64,000 bases of DNA from Gemmatimonadales bacterium (GTDB taxonomy: Bacteria > Gemmatimonadota > Gemmatimonadetes > Gemmatimonadales > GWC2-71-9). A program made the position numbers and the translations under genes. Below, one piece after another: positions 28,147 through 36,607 of the stretch. A model generated the notes under the pieces. That model searched no databases and was not told the origin of the DNA. It saw nothing but the letters and a program-made list of their open reading frames with translations. Location of the stretch: positions 105 through 64,104 of the forward strand of contig JAWOLH010000017.1 of the NCBI GenBank assembly GCA_033853695.1, written 5' to 3'. How positions within the stretch are numbered: the stretch's first letter is position 1; every line of letters begins with the position of its first letter.

Positions 28147-28881
28147 TTACAGCCTGCTTCGCAAAAACTCGGGGGTCAGCCCCTGCAGATAGTTCGCCAG
28201 CAACGTGAACCGATCGGTCACCAGCAGGATCCCGAGCAGGATCAGCAGCACCCCCGAGATCCGCTCCACCCACACGAGAAACGGACGGAACCGCTGGAAC
28301 CACACGAGGAACCGATCCAGGGCGAACGCGGTCAAGAGAAACGGCAACGCCAGACCCAGAGTGTAGACCCCGAGCAGCGCGGTGCCCTGGGCGATGCTGG
28401 AGCGCGTGGCCGCAAGGGTGAGGATGGCCCCGAGGATCGGGCCGATACACGGCGTCCAGGCAGCGCCGAAGGCGACGCCCGCCAGCGACGACCCCACGAA
28501 GCCGAGCGGCTTGCGCACGAGGTGGATGCGACGCTCCCGCACCAGGAACGCCGGTCGCATGATGTCCAGCAGATACAGCCCGAACACGATGATGAGGATT
28601 CCGCCGACGCGCGCGATCCATACCTGGAAGCGCAGGAACAGGGCGCCCAGCGCGGACGCCGACGCGCCGAGCAGGATGAAGATCAAGCCGAACCCGGCCA
28701 CGAACCAGAGGGCGTGCACCAGCGCCGTACCGCGGCGCACCTGCAGCTCTTCCGCCGAAAGACCGGTGAGGAACCCGACGTAGCTCGGGATCAGCGGCAA
28801 GACACACGGCGAGAGGAAACTCAGCAGGCCCGCCGCGAATGCCACGAACAGCGGAACGCCGTTGCCGGCCTCGCTACCCAC
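28147..28881 (-). CDS. ccdA: Cytochrome c biogenesis protein CcdA (DsbD-family thiol-disulfide transporter)
   Basis: FLSPCVLPLIPSY and WTPCIGPILG motifs with six TM helices. Confidence 0.85.
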   Translation of the reverse strand: MGSEAGNGVPLFVAFAAGLLSFLSPCVLPLIPSYVGFLTGLSAEELQVRRGTALVHALWFVAGFGLIFILLGASASALGALFLRFQVWIARVGGILIIVFGLYLLDIMRPAFLVRERRIHLVRKPLGFVGSSLAGVAFGAAWTPCIGPILGAILTLAATRSSIAQGTALLGVYTLGLALPFLLTAFALDRFLVWFQRFRPFLVWVERISGVLLILLGILLVTDRFTLLANYLQGLTPEFLRSRL

Positions 28882-29413
28882 AGAACGCCACGGCGGCCAC
28901 CACCGTCGTCCACCGCCCGTCGTCGCCGCACTCCGCCGTGGAGGTGACGTTCAGGGTACGGACGATGTCCCCCGACAGCATCCACTGCTCGCGCCGCTGG
29001 TCCCACGCCTGGTCGGGATCGAACGGCACGCCCAGCACCGTGGCGAGCATCGAGGCGGCCAGATCCTCGGCGTAGTCGCCCGAGATGCTCTCGTTCTGCC
29101 CGTAGCTGTGGTGCTCCGAGATATATCCGTGATGCGAGGGATCGGACGGCACGGCGAGCCCGATCGATGCGGCGACGCGCCGGCTCGGCTCGTTGGTGGC
29201 GGACTCGGCGAGCACGGTGAACAGCACCTGGCCGGGGCGCAGGTCGCTCAGCCCCTCCTCGCGATCCACCAGCTCGCAGTGCGGCGGGAAGATTGAGCTG
29301 ACGCGGACCAGGTTGAACACCGCCAGATGCGCGTCCCGCAACGCCATCTCGAAGCTGGTCAGCTTCTCGCGGTGACGTCCTACCCCCTTCGTGAGAAACG
29401 CCCGGCTCGGCAT
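28874..29413 (-). CDS. pdaD: Pyruvoyl-dependent arginine decarboxylase
   Basis: MPSRAFLTKGVGRHREKLTSFEMALRDA...NLVRVSSIFPP (self-cleavage SS region). ATG at 29413. The longer track ORF is an unsupported extension. Confidence 0.8.
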   Translation of the reverse strand: MPSRAFLTKGVGRHREKLTSFEMALRDAHLAVFNLVRVSSIFPPHCELVDREEGLSDLRPGQVLFTVLAESATNEPSRRVAASIGLAVPSDPSHHGYISEHHSYGQNESISGDYAEDLAASMLATVLGVPFDPDQAWDQRREQWMLSGDIVRTLNVTSTAECGDDGRWTTVVAAVAFCG

Positions 29414-29430
29414 GAACTGCGAGGGATCGA

Positions 29431-29901
29431 TCACGTCATCGTGGTCCGCGCTAAAGGGTTCGACTGCTGACAGTCCCGGCACAATCCGAATACTTCGAGA
29501 TGGTGGTGGTGTGGCCGGAACTCCACCTCCTCCGCGACCAGCGCGATCACGCGCTCCAGCCGGTCGTTGGATAACTCCATCACGCGCCCGCACGACGAGC
29601 AGATACAGTGCTCGTGCGCCTGTCCCGGTGCCACCGGCTCGTAGCGCCGGAAGCCCTCGCCGAAATCGCGCTCCGCCACGAGCCCGCTCGACACCAGGAG
29701 GTCGAGAGTGCGGTACACCGTCGCCAGCCCGACGTCCACGCCGCGCTTGGCGACGCGCCGCAATACTTCGTCCGCCGAAACGTGGTCCGCGGCGTCGAGC
29801 ACCACCGTCGCTACGGCGAGGCGCTGCTGCGTCGCCGGGAGATTGCGGTCCGTGAGGAAGCGGCGGAACGCCGCGAGCGCCCGGGCGCCGTCAACCCGCA
29901 T
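29431..29901 (-). CDS. fur: Fur-family transcriptional regulator
   Basis: Winged-helix LATVYRTLDLLVSSGLV. Metal sites HEHCICSSCG and HHHLEVFGLCRDC. Confidence 0.85.
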   Translation of the reverse strand: MRVDGARALAAFRRFLTDRNLPATQQRLAVATVVLDAADHVSADEVLRRVAKRGVDVGLATVYRTLDLLVSSGLVAERDFGEGFRRYEPVAPGQAHEHCICSSCGRVMELSNDRLERVIALVAEEVEFRPHHHHLEVFGLCRDCQQSNPLARTTMT

Positions 29902-30274
29902 ACCAGACCGCCGCACTGCACGCCTGGGGAGGCTCGGCCTCTCCCGTCCGATCGGCGGTGTGCTGCATGACCTGCGCGACCACCTCCGCCGGGGAAAGCG
30001 CGACCTCCTCCACTTCGACCCGCGACGTGCCCTTCTCCTTGCCGCGCACCACCAGCATATAGCGCGCCGTATAGACCACCAGACGTCCCTCGGGATGGCG
30101 GCGCGTCACCACCGCCGTGCCCCACTCCCGGCCCTCACGCTTGATCGGCCGGAAGAGGTAGATCGTGTCGATCTCCGCCGCTGGGACGCGCAGCGCCACG
30201 GCGGCCGACAGCTTCGCCCATCCGGGCCCCTTGCCCGGCTGCGCGGCCGCGGCCCCTAGCGCCCCTGTTCCCAT
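29891..30274 (-). CDS. Hypothetical protein (up to 127 aa)
   Basis: High-GC3 frame fills the gap between the TIGR00300-type gene and fur. It overlaps both neighbours (19 nt and 11 nt). No recognisable motif. An alternative GTG start at about 30199 is possible. Confidence 0.45.
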   Translation of the reverse strand: MGTGALGAAAAQPGKGPGWAKLSAAVALRVPAAEIDTIYLFRPIKREGREWGTAVVTRRHPEGRLVVYTARYMLVVRGKEKGTSRVEVEEVALSPAEVVAQVMQHTADRTGEAEPPQACSAAVWYAG

Positions 30275-31395
30275 CGCTCCACGTAAAACCGCAGTACGTG
30301 CATGAAATCCTGGGCGTTGGTCACGACGCCGAAGGCCTGGTGCGTGCCGCGGTCCCGCAGCTTGTTGACGACGAACTCCGTCTGATCGACGCAGATGGTC
30401 GTGAGCGGCCGGATGTCGTCGGGGTTCGGGGCATCGACGAACGCCGGCAACATGTTGCCGACGGCGATGGCGTGCAGCGCCGTCGCGACGAAGACGGCGA
30501 AGGTGGCCTTCACCGTGAGCGCCCGCATCGCGTCCTGCGCGGCCATGGTGTCGCTCACCACGCCGGGGAGCGGCCCGTCGTCGCGAATCGAGCCGGCGAG
30601 GACATAGGGGATCTTGTGCCGCACCAGCGCATGCATGATCCCGCCCTGCACGATCCCCTGCTCTACGGCCGCCTCGATCGAGCCGGCGCGCCGGATGGCA
30701 TTGATCGCCCGCATGTGCAGTGCGTGGCCGCCCGACACGCCCTCTCCCGAACTCGACATGCCCAGCGTCGTCCCGAAGATCGCCGCCTCGAGATCGTGCA
30801 CCGCGACGGCGTTCCCCCCGAGGAGTCCGCCGACGTAGCCGTGCTCGACGAACCAGATCAGGTCCTCCCGCGCCCGCGCGTGCACCAGCGCGGGCCCTAC
30901 CACCCACACGATCGTGCCTCCGGCGGCGCGCTCCTCGCCGAGCAGCCCGGCGAGCACGCCGTAGTCCACGGGCCGCTCGCGCGAGACCTCGGTCTGCATG
31001 AAGCGGAACTCGTTGGGGCTGTGCGCGCCGCCGAGGAAGCCCTCGGCGTGCACGAAGATGCCCTCGCTCCCGTCCTCCGAGCCGCCCATCGCGACCGCCG
31101 CGCCGCGCGGGACCTTGCGCGGCTCCGTCGTGACGAGCTCACCGTTCGCCTCGCGCAGAATCACGCAGTCCATGCGCGGCAGCCGCGGCCGCCGCCACCC
31201 ATCCGCGACGCGCACGTAGGTCGGCAGGTTGGTCGTCGAGAAGAACCCGTCGGGAAGGACTCCGTCGGCCGGGGCTGGGGCGAACCGGGCTTCGGGCGCC
31301 TGCGCGAGCGGCGGCTCGGTGAACTTCGGCAGCTGATAGTGGAACTGCGGGCGCCTCACTCCTCGAGACTCCTCAAAGATTCTTGGAGCGGGCAA
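30256..31395 (-). CDS. LOR/SDH-like TIGR00300-family protein (archaeal-type ornithine cyclodeaminase-like)
   Basis: From memory, it resembles the TIGR00300 / ArgZ-AgrE C-terminal domain family (GGLLGGNAVAVHDLE, GHALHMRAINAIRRAGSIE, YVLAGSIRDDGPLP). The start (TTG 31395 or GTG 31359) is uncertain. Confidence 0.55.
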   Translation of the reverse strand: MPAPRIFEESRGVRRPQFHYQLPKFTEPPLAQAPEARFAPAPADGVLPDGFFSTTNLPTYVRVADGWRRPRLPRMDCVILREANGELVTTEPRKVPRGAAVAMGGSEDGSEGIFVHAEGFLGGAHSPNEFRFMQTEVSRERPVDYGVLAGLLGEERAAGGTIVWVVGPALVHARAREDLIWFVEHGYVGGLLGGNAVAVHDLEAAIFGTTLGMSSSGEGVSGGHALHMRAINAIRRAGSIEAAVEQGIVQGGIMHALVRHKIPYVLAGSIRDDGPLPGVVSDTMAAQDAMRALTVKATFAVFVATALHAIAVGNMLPAFVDAPNPDDIRPLTTICVDQTEFVVNKLRDRGTHQAFGVVTNAQDFMHVLRFYVERWEQGR

Positions 31396-31428
31396 AGTTA
31401 CGTGGATGAAAAGCCGTCTCGCAACGCC

Positions 31429-33666
31429 TTAGAGCAGCGCCACCGGGTCTCGGTCCGCCACGATCATCGCCGCCGCGCGCCCCTGCGCCCGCCAGGCCCG
31501 CATCACCCGTCCCAGCACGCGCGGCTCACCCGACTTCACCAGGACGTGCCAGCGCCAGCGCCCATGCAGGCGGGCGATCGGGCACTCGGCCGGCCCGAGG
31601 ACCGTCAGCGCGCGCCCCAGCCGCTCGGCGTTCGCGCGCCTGAGCCACTCCGCCACGCGGACGGCCCGGGCGGCGGCCGCCGCCTCGGTCCTGCCGAGGG
31701 CGACGAACCGCACGAGACCCACGTGCGGCGGGTAGGGCGGATGCGGCGCGGCCCGGAGCGGCAACTCGGCGGCGGCGAAGGCCGCCACGGAATGCGCGGC
31801 GGCCGCCCGGAGAGCATGGTGATCCGGGGACCGCGTCTGCACCACCACGCGACCGCCCGCCGGTCCGCGGCCGGCCCGACCCGCCACCTGTGCCACGAGC
31901 TGAAACGTGCGCTCCGCGGCGCGGAAGTCGGGCAGATGCAGTCCCGTATCCGCGTCCACCACCCCGACGACCGTCACACCGGGAAAATCGAGTCCCTTGG
32001 CGATCATCTGCGTGCCGAGCAGCACATCGACCTCGCCGCGTGCCACCCGGTCGAGTATGCGGTGGTGGCTCCACTTGGTGCTCGTGGTGTCGAGGTCCAT
32101 GCGCGCGATCCGCGCCGCGGGAAAGCGCAACGCGAGAAAGTGCTCGAGCTGCTGCGTGCCCAGCCCGCGCATGCGCCGCGTGGACGCACCGCAGCTCGTG
32201 CAGGTCGTACCGAGCGGCTCCTCGTGCCCGCAGTAGTGACAGCGCAGCGCACTGGGAGTGGTATGCACCGTAAGGGAGATGGCGCAGCGCGGGCACCCGG
32301 CAACGGCGCCGCAGGTCGAGCATTGCAGGAACGACGCGAAGCCGCGCCGGTTGAGCAGCAGGATCACCTGCTCCTTGCGCTCCAACGCGCCATGCACGGC
32401 GCGATCGAGCGGCTCGCTCCACGGCACCGGGCCGGCCTCGGGAACACGACTCGCGGACCGGAGGTCCACCACCTCGACCGGCGGGAGGGGTCGGTCGCCG
32501 ACGCGCCGCGGCAGCTCCACCCGCCGGACGGTGCCTGCCGCGACCTGCTCCAGCAATTCGAGCGACGGCGTGGCGCTCCCGAACAACACCTGCGCCCCCT
32601 CGATCCGCCCCCGCACCAGCGCCACATCACGAGCGTGATAGCGCGGCGCCGTACCCTGCTTGTAGCTCGGCTCGTGCTCCTCGTCGACGACGATCACCGC
32701 CAGCCGCTGCACCGGCGCGAAGATCGCCGAGCGGGCCCCAACGGCGACGCAACGTTTCCCTCGCCGCAGCGCGCGCCAGGCGTCGGCGCGCTCGGCGTCG
32801 GACAGCGCCGAGTGCAGCACCGCCACAGTATCCCCGAACACACCGCGCACGCGCGCCACTGTCTGCGGGGTGAGCGCGATCTCGGGAACGAGGAGAATCG
32901 CACCCTTGCCCAAGGCCACCATGGTGCGCAGCACTTCGAGGTAAACGAGCGTCTTTCCGGAGCCCGTGACCCCCTCGATGAGCACCGGCGTCTCGGGGGG
33001 CGTCGCGAGGATCTCCCGCATCGCGCGCCGTTGATCGTCGGTGAGACTGGGGGGCGGCGCCACGGCGAGAGCCGCGAAGGGATCGCGCGGCGCGGCCACC
33101 CGGTCGACCCGCGCCAGCCCCTGGCGCACCAGCCCGTCGAGCACTGAACTCCCGAGCTTCAGCTGTTCCAGGAGATGGCGGAGCGGCGCGGTCCCGCCGA
33201 GCGCTTCCAGCGCTTCGTAGGCGGCACGGCGTTTCGGCGAGCGGGCAAACGCCCGCTCCCGCTCGAGCAGCGAGGGGAGCGCCCGGATCAGCGTAATCGT
33301 GCGCTCAGTGTGCTCCGCCGGTCCTTCGACCCGGGCGGCGCCGCCCCCCCACAGCGCTCCGGGCAGAAGCGCGCGCAGGCTCAACCCCCTGGGGCAGCCG
33401 TAGTAGTTCGACAGCCATTCACCGAGGTGGAGCAGCTCCGGGCTCAACGCCGGCTCGGCATCCGGCGCGGCGAGGATATCGCGCGGCATCCCGGCCACCG
33501 GCGGCTCGGAGCCGAGCCCCGCCACGACGCCGACGGCTTGGCGGCGCCGCACCGGCACGAGCACGCGCGTGCCGGTCACGACGCGCGGCGTGAGCGCGTC
33601 GGGTACGGCGTAGCGGTACGGGGTGGAAACCGAGACGGGGAGGAGAACGTCCGCGAACAGCGTCAT
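31429..33666 (-). CDS. priA: Primosomal protein N' (replication restart helicase)
   Basis: Walker A GVTGSGKT, DEEH box, Cys-rich zinc region CSTCGAVAGCPRCAISLTVH...CHYCG...CTSCG. Confidence 0.9.
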   Translation of the reverse strand: MTLFADVLLPVSVSTPYRYAVPDALTPRVVTGTRVLVPVRRRQAVGVVAGLGSEPPVAGMPRDILAAPDAEPALSPELLHLGEWLSNYYGCPRGLSLRALLPGALWGGGAARVEGPAEHTERTITLIRALPSLLERERAFARSPKRRAAYEALEALGGTAPLRHLLEQLKLGSSVLDGLVRQGLARVDRVAAPRDPFAALAVAPPPSLTDDQRRAMREILATPPETPVLIEGVTGSGKTLVYLEVLRTMVALGKGAILLVPEIALTPQTVARVRGVFGDTVAVLHSALSDAERADAWRALRRGKRCVAVGARSAIFAPVQRLAVIVVDEEHEPSYKQGTAPRYHARDVALVRGRIEGAQVLFGSATPSLELLEQVAAGTVRRVELPRRVGDRPLPPVEVVDLRSASRVPEAGPVPWSEPLDRAVHGALERKEQVILLLNRRGFASFLQCSTCGAVAGCPRCAISLTVHTTPSALRCHYCGHEEPLGTTCTSCGASTRRMRGLGTQQLEHFLALRFPAARIARMDLDTTSTKWSHHRILDRVARGEVDVLLGTQMIAKGLDFPGVTVVGVVDADTGLHLPDFRAAERTFQLVAQVAGRAGRGPAGGRVVVQTRSPDHHALRAAAAHSVAAFAAAELPLRAAPHPPYPPHVGLVRFVALGRTEAAAAARAVRVAEWLRRANAERLGRALTVLGPAECPIARLHGRWRWHVLVKSGEPRVLGRVMRAWRAQGRAAAMIVADRDPVALL

Positions 33667-33670
33667 CGCC

Positions 33671-34693
33671 TCATCGCCGCGCGACGCCCAACCCCGGTCC
33701 CGTCGGTAGGGTGATCTGTCCGCGCGCGATCGACGCGCCGGTGAACGGGTCGTCCACCGTGAGGGCGGCCCCGTCGAGATCGGCGATGTCGACGAGGGGC
33801 GTGAAATGCGCGGCAGCAGTGATCGCGACGGACGTCTCGATCATGCACCCCACCATCACGAGCAAACCGTGGGCGCGGGCGGTGGCGATCATGCGCAGCG
33901 CTTCGCGCAGCGAGCCGCACTTGGCGAGTTTGATGTTGATCCCGTCCACCGCCCCCGCGACCCTGGGGATATCAGTCGCCACGAGGCAGCTCTCATCGAC
34001 GATGATCGGGATTCCGGGAGACGCGCGCCGCACGGCCGCGATGCCGTCCAGATCGTCGGGCGGGAGCGGCTGCTCGACCAGCTCCACACCGTACTCCCTG
34101 AGGACGGGCAGCATGGCGATGGCGCGCTCGCGCGTCCAGCCGGCGTTGGCATCGACCCGGATGGGTTTGTCAGTCACGTCGCGGATCGTGCGCAGCAGCG
34201 TCTCGTCCTGATCGGTGCCGAGCTTGATCTTGTAGATCGCGTACTCGGCGGCCTCGAGGACCTTGGCCTTCATCTTCTCCGGGGTGTCGATGCCGATGGT
34301 GAACGACGACTTCGGGGCGCGCCGGGCGTCGAGGCCCCAGAGCCGCCACAGCGGCTGGCCCAGCCTCTTGCCCACGATGTCGTGCAGCGCCATCGACAGG
34401 GCGGCCCGCGCCGCAGCGCTCTTCGGCGCCACCTCGCTGAAGCGGGCTTCTGCGCCCTCGAGGTCGAAGACGTCGGCCGGCAGCACCCGCGACGCCGCCT
34501 GAAACGCCTCCTGCACCCCCGCGATGCTCTCCCCGTAGTACGACGAGGGATACGCCTCCCCCCAGCCCTCGGTGCCGTCGGCATCGCACAGCCGTACGAG
34601 CAGGACCTGGTATTCGCTGCGGCCGCCGCGCGCGATGATGAACGGGTGCCGCGTGTGCAGCGTCACGATCTCGGAGGAGAGGGTCAGGGCCAT
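33671..34693 (-). CDS. Dipeptide epimerase (L-Ala-D/L-Glu epimerase-like, enolase superfamily)
   Basis: Enolase-superfamily MLE-subgroup pattern: KIKLG, VDANAGW, VEQP, IIVDES, INIKLAKCG. Confidence 0.8.
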   Translation of the reverse strand: MALTLSSEIVTLHTRHPFIIARGGRSEYQVLLVRLCDADGTEGWGEAYPSSYYGESIAGVQEAFQAASRVLPADVFDLEGAEARFSEVAPKSAAARAALSMALHDIVGKRLGQPLWRLWGLDARRAPKSSFTIGIDTPEKMKAKVLEAAEYAIYKIKLGTDQDETLLRTIRDVTDKPIRVDANAGWTRERAIAMLPVLREYGVELVEQPLPPDDLDGIAAVRRASPGIPIIVDESCLVATDIPRVAGAVDGINIKLAKCGSLREALRMIATARAHGLLVMVGCMIETSVAITAAAHFTPLVDIADLDGAALTVDDPFTGASIARGQITLPTGPGLGVARR

Positions 34694-34720
34694 GCCGAAG
34701 GTTACGAGGCGCGAGCGGGC

Positions 34721-35623
34721 TCAGGCAAGCGCGCGCACCAGCGCCACGCACCCGCCGGCCAGCAGATCGAGGCGATACCCGCCTTCCAGCAGCGCGATCA
34801 CCGGACGGCCCGCCATGCGCGTCCGCAGCGCCTCGGTCCAGGTCGTGATGTCTTCGGCGTCGAGCGTGAATCCGCCGAGGGGATCGCCGTCCAGCGAATC
34901 GAATCCGGCGGAGATGAGCAGCGCGTCGGGAGTCCAATCGGCGAGCGCCGAGTCCACCGCGTCGAGCAGGTCACGCACGTACCGCGCGCGCGGCAACCCC
35001 GGGGGACGCGGCACATTGAACACATTTCCTACGCCGCGCTCGTCCGCGGCGCCGGTGCCGGGATACCAGGGATACTGATGCATGGAGACGAAGCGGATCG
35101 TGGGATCCCGCTCCACGAGCGCCTGCGTGCCGTTGCCGTGGTGCACGTCCCAGTCGACGATGAGCACCCGGGACGCGCCCAGCGCCTGGGCGTGGCGTGC
35201 CCCCACCACGACGTTGTTGACGAAGCAGAAGCCCATCGCCCGCGCCGCCAGGGCGTGATGGCCCGGAGGACGAGTGGCCGCGAAGGCGGTACCCTTCCGC
35301 AGGCCGTCTGCCACGGCGCGCAGCGCCACGCCGGCCGACGCCAGCGCCGACTCCCAGCTGCGGGCCCCCAGGGAGGTGTCGGGGTCGATCGCTCCGCCAC
35401 CCGAGGCGGCGAGCGACGCCAGACCGTCGAGGTATGCGGCGGGGTGCACGCGCTCCAACTCCCGGCGCTCGGCGGGGGCGGCCTCGACCCAGGTGATGGA
35501 CGGCGCGAGGGCCGGCGCCCGCAGAGCCTCGAGCACGGCGGTGATTCGCTCCGGACGCTCGGGGTGCCCCGCCCCGGCCTGGTGCAGGCGGGTGGCCGGA
35601 TGATACGTGACGGTGGTCGGCAG
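34721..35623 (-). CDS. Histone-deacetylase-family (HDAC/AcuC/APAH-like) zinc amidohydrolase; probable CTG start
   Basis: Catalytic set is intact: RPPGHH, DWDVHHGNGTQ, SAGFD, EGGY. The conserved N-terminal YHP...GHPERPER is encoded upstream of the first ATG/GTG/TTG codon (GTG 35536). The only plausible initiator is CTG at 35623, 1 nt after the upstream stop. Confidence 0.8.
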   Translation of the reverse strand: MPTTVTYHPATRLHQAGAGHPERPERITAVLEALRAPALAPSITWVEAAPAERRELERVHPAAYLDGLASLAASGGGAIDPDTSLGARSWESALASAGVALRAVADGLRKGTAFAATRPPGHHALAARAMGFCFVNNVVVGARHAQALGASRVLIVDWDVHHGNGTQALVERDPTIRFVSMHQYPWYPGTGAADERGVGNVFNVPRPPGLPRARYVRDLLDAVDSALADWTPDALLISAGFDSLDGDPLGGFTLDAEDITTWTEALRTRMAGRPVIALLEGGYRLDLLAGGCVALVRALA

Positions 35624-35624
35624 A

Positions 35625-35897
35625 TCAGTTCTGGATGTGACGCTCTCGCAGGAGGTCCCGGATCGCCTCGACCTCCGCTTTCATTTCGCCACGCTGGACG
35701 CTGAGATCGGTGAGCATGCGGCGATAACGGCGCCACACCAGCACCACGACGCCTGCGGCCAACAGGCAGCTGATGCCGCCCACCACGAGCCGCCCGCGTG
35801 ACAGCTCGACACCGAGCCAGATCAGGAGCATCGCGTCGAGCAGCAGAAACCCGACGGCGAAGACCGCGAGAAAGCGACCGGGAGGAGGTCGGGTCAT
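35625..35897 (-). CDS. Small membrane protein (two TM helices plus charged C-terminal helix), unknown function
   Basis: FLAVFAVGFLLLDAMLLIWLG and GGISCLLAAGVVVLVW helices. ATGA overlap with the upstream ORF. Confidence 0.55.
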   Translation of the reverse strand: MTRPPPGRFLAVFAVGFLLLDAMLLIWLGVELSRGRLVVGGISCLLAAGVVVLVWRRYRRMLTDLSVQRGEMKAEVEAIRDLLRERHIQN

Positions 35898-36169
35898 CGC
35901 ACCGGGCGGCGGCGGCCGGGCAGCACGATGAACGGGGCGTTTGCGCCCGCGCCGAGGGTCGTAAGCGTCACCGCTTCGTCCTCCACCAAGGCGCCGCGGA
36001 ATTTCACCACGTACTGGTCGGGCGGCAGGGGCGCGCGCCGCAACGCGCGCGTCAGCGCCTGGCGCTTCAGGTCCGCGATCGTCGTCTCGGGTCCTACGGC
36101 GAGAAACACCTGGTCCCAGGCGTCGGTGACCATGACGCGGACCGCGAACCGATCGAGCACCGCCGTCAT
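35894..36169 (-). CDS. Small soluble protein (91 aa), unknown function, possibly beta-grasp-like
   Basis: High-GC3 frame with ATGA overlaps at both ends. The pattern V.V....W....L.V....TIADLK......Y.VKF.G..V.DE..TL resembles ubiquitin-like folds by eye only. Confidence 0.5.
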   Translation of the reverse strand: MTAVLDRFAVRVMVTDAWDQVFLAVGPETTIADLKRQALTRALRRAPLPPDQYVVKFRGALVEDEAVTLTTLGAGANAPFIVLPGRRRPVR

Positions 36170-36441
36170 GCCACCTCCACCGCGGACGCGAGCGGGAGGG
36201 TCGACAGGAACCGGTCTACCGCCTGGTCGAAGAACAGCGTCGAGGCGCGCACATGGCTCCCGCCCTCGGCAGGGACGGCGTTGAACACCACCTCTTCACC
36301 ACCCTGTCCCCGCAGCACCACGTACTGCGGTCCTTCCTTTTCTACAAAGGCGGCGGAGTTCGGTAGCCGCTCGGCGAAGAACGCTTTAGCGCGCTGCAAC
36401 ACCTCGCCAGGGGCGAGTGCGACCGTGGTTTGGTGCGTCAT
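36166..36441 (-). CDS. Small soluble protein (91 aa), unknown function
   Basis: First gene of the coupled trio. ATG 36441. No recognisable motif. Confidence 0.5.
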   Translation of the reverse strand: MTHQTTVALAPGEVLQRAKAFFAERLPNSAAFVEKEGPQYVVLRGQGGEEVVFNAVPAEGGSHVRASTLFFDQAVDRFLSTLPLASAVEVA

Positions 36442-36607
36442 GGGTCCTGAAGTGCGATATGGGCGTTTTTGACAGCCTGATTGCCAAATTGATCATAACA
36501 CGTTGCCAAGTCGGCATCTAGAAGGCTTCCTGGAACGGCACGGAGGATGCCTTGCGACCAGCCGGTGGAGCCGCAAACCCATCAACCCCGAAGAAGGAGT
36601 TGGGCAT

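Noticed and set aside
30298-33147. Very long antisense ORFs in the track: 30298-33147 (+, 949 aa), 54927-57500 (+, 857 aa), 13033-15066 (+, 677 aa), 23357-25471 (+, 704 aa), 5262-7118 (-, 618 aa), 40298-42439 (+, 713 aa), 52590-54488 (+, 632 aa), 60082-61710 (-, 542 aa).
   Set aside because: All lie opposite confidently identified genes (priA, ribosomal proteins, glycosyltransferases, wzc, ggt, acylase, secY). Their translations are Arg/Pro/Gly/Ala-rich low-complexity sequences typical of stop-poor shadow frames in high-GC DNA.
35894-36441. Two overlapping 91-codon genes looked like a toxin-antitoxin pair by size and ATGA coupling.
   Set aside because: Neither product shows RHH/HTH/AbrB antitoxin or PIN/RelE/MazF/HipA-type toxin features. 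They are followed in the same coupled string by a membrane protein and an enzyme, so they are treated as an unknown operon instead.
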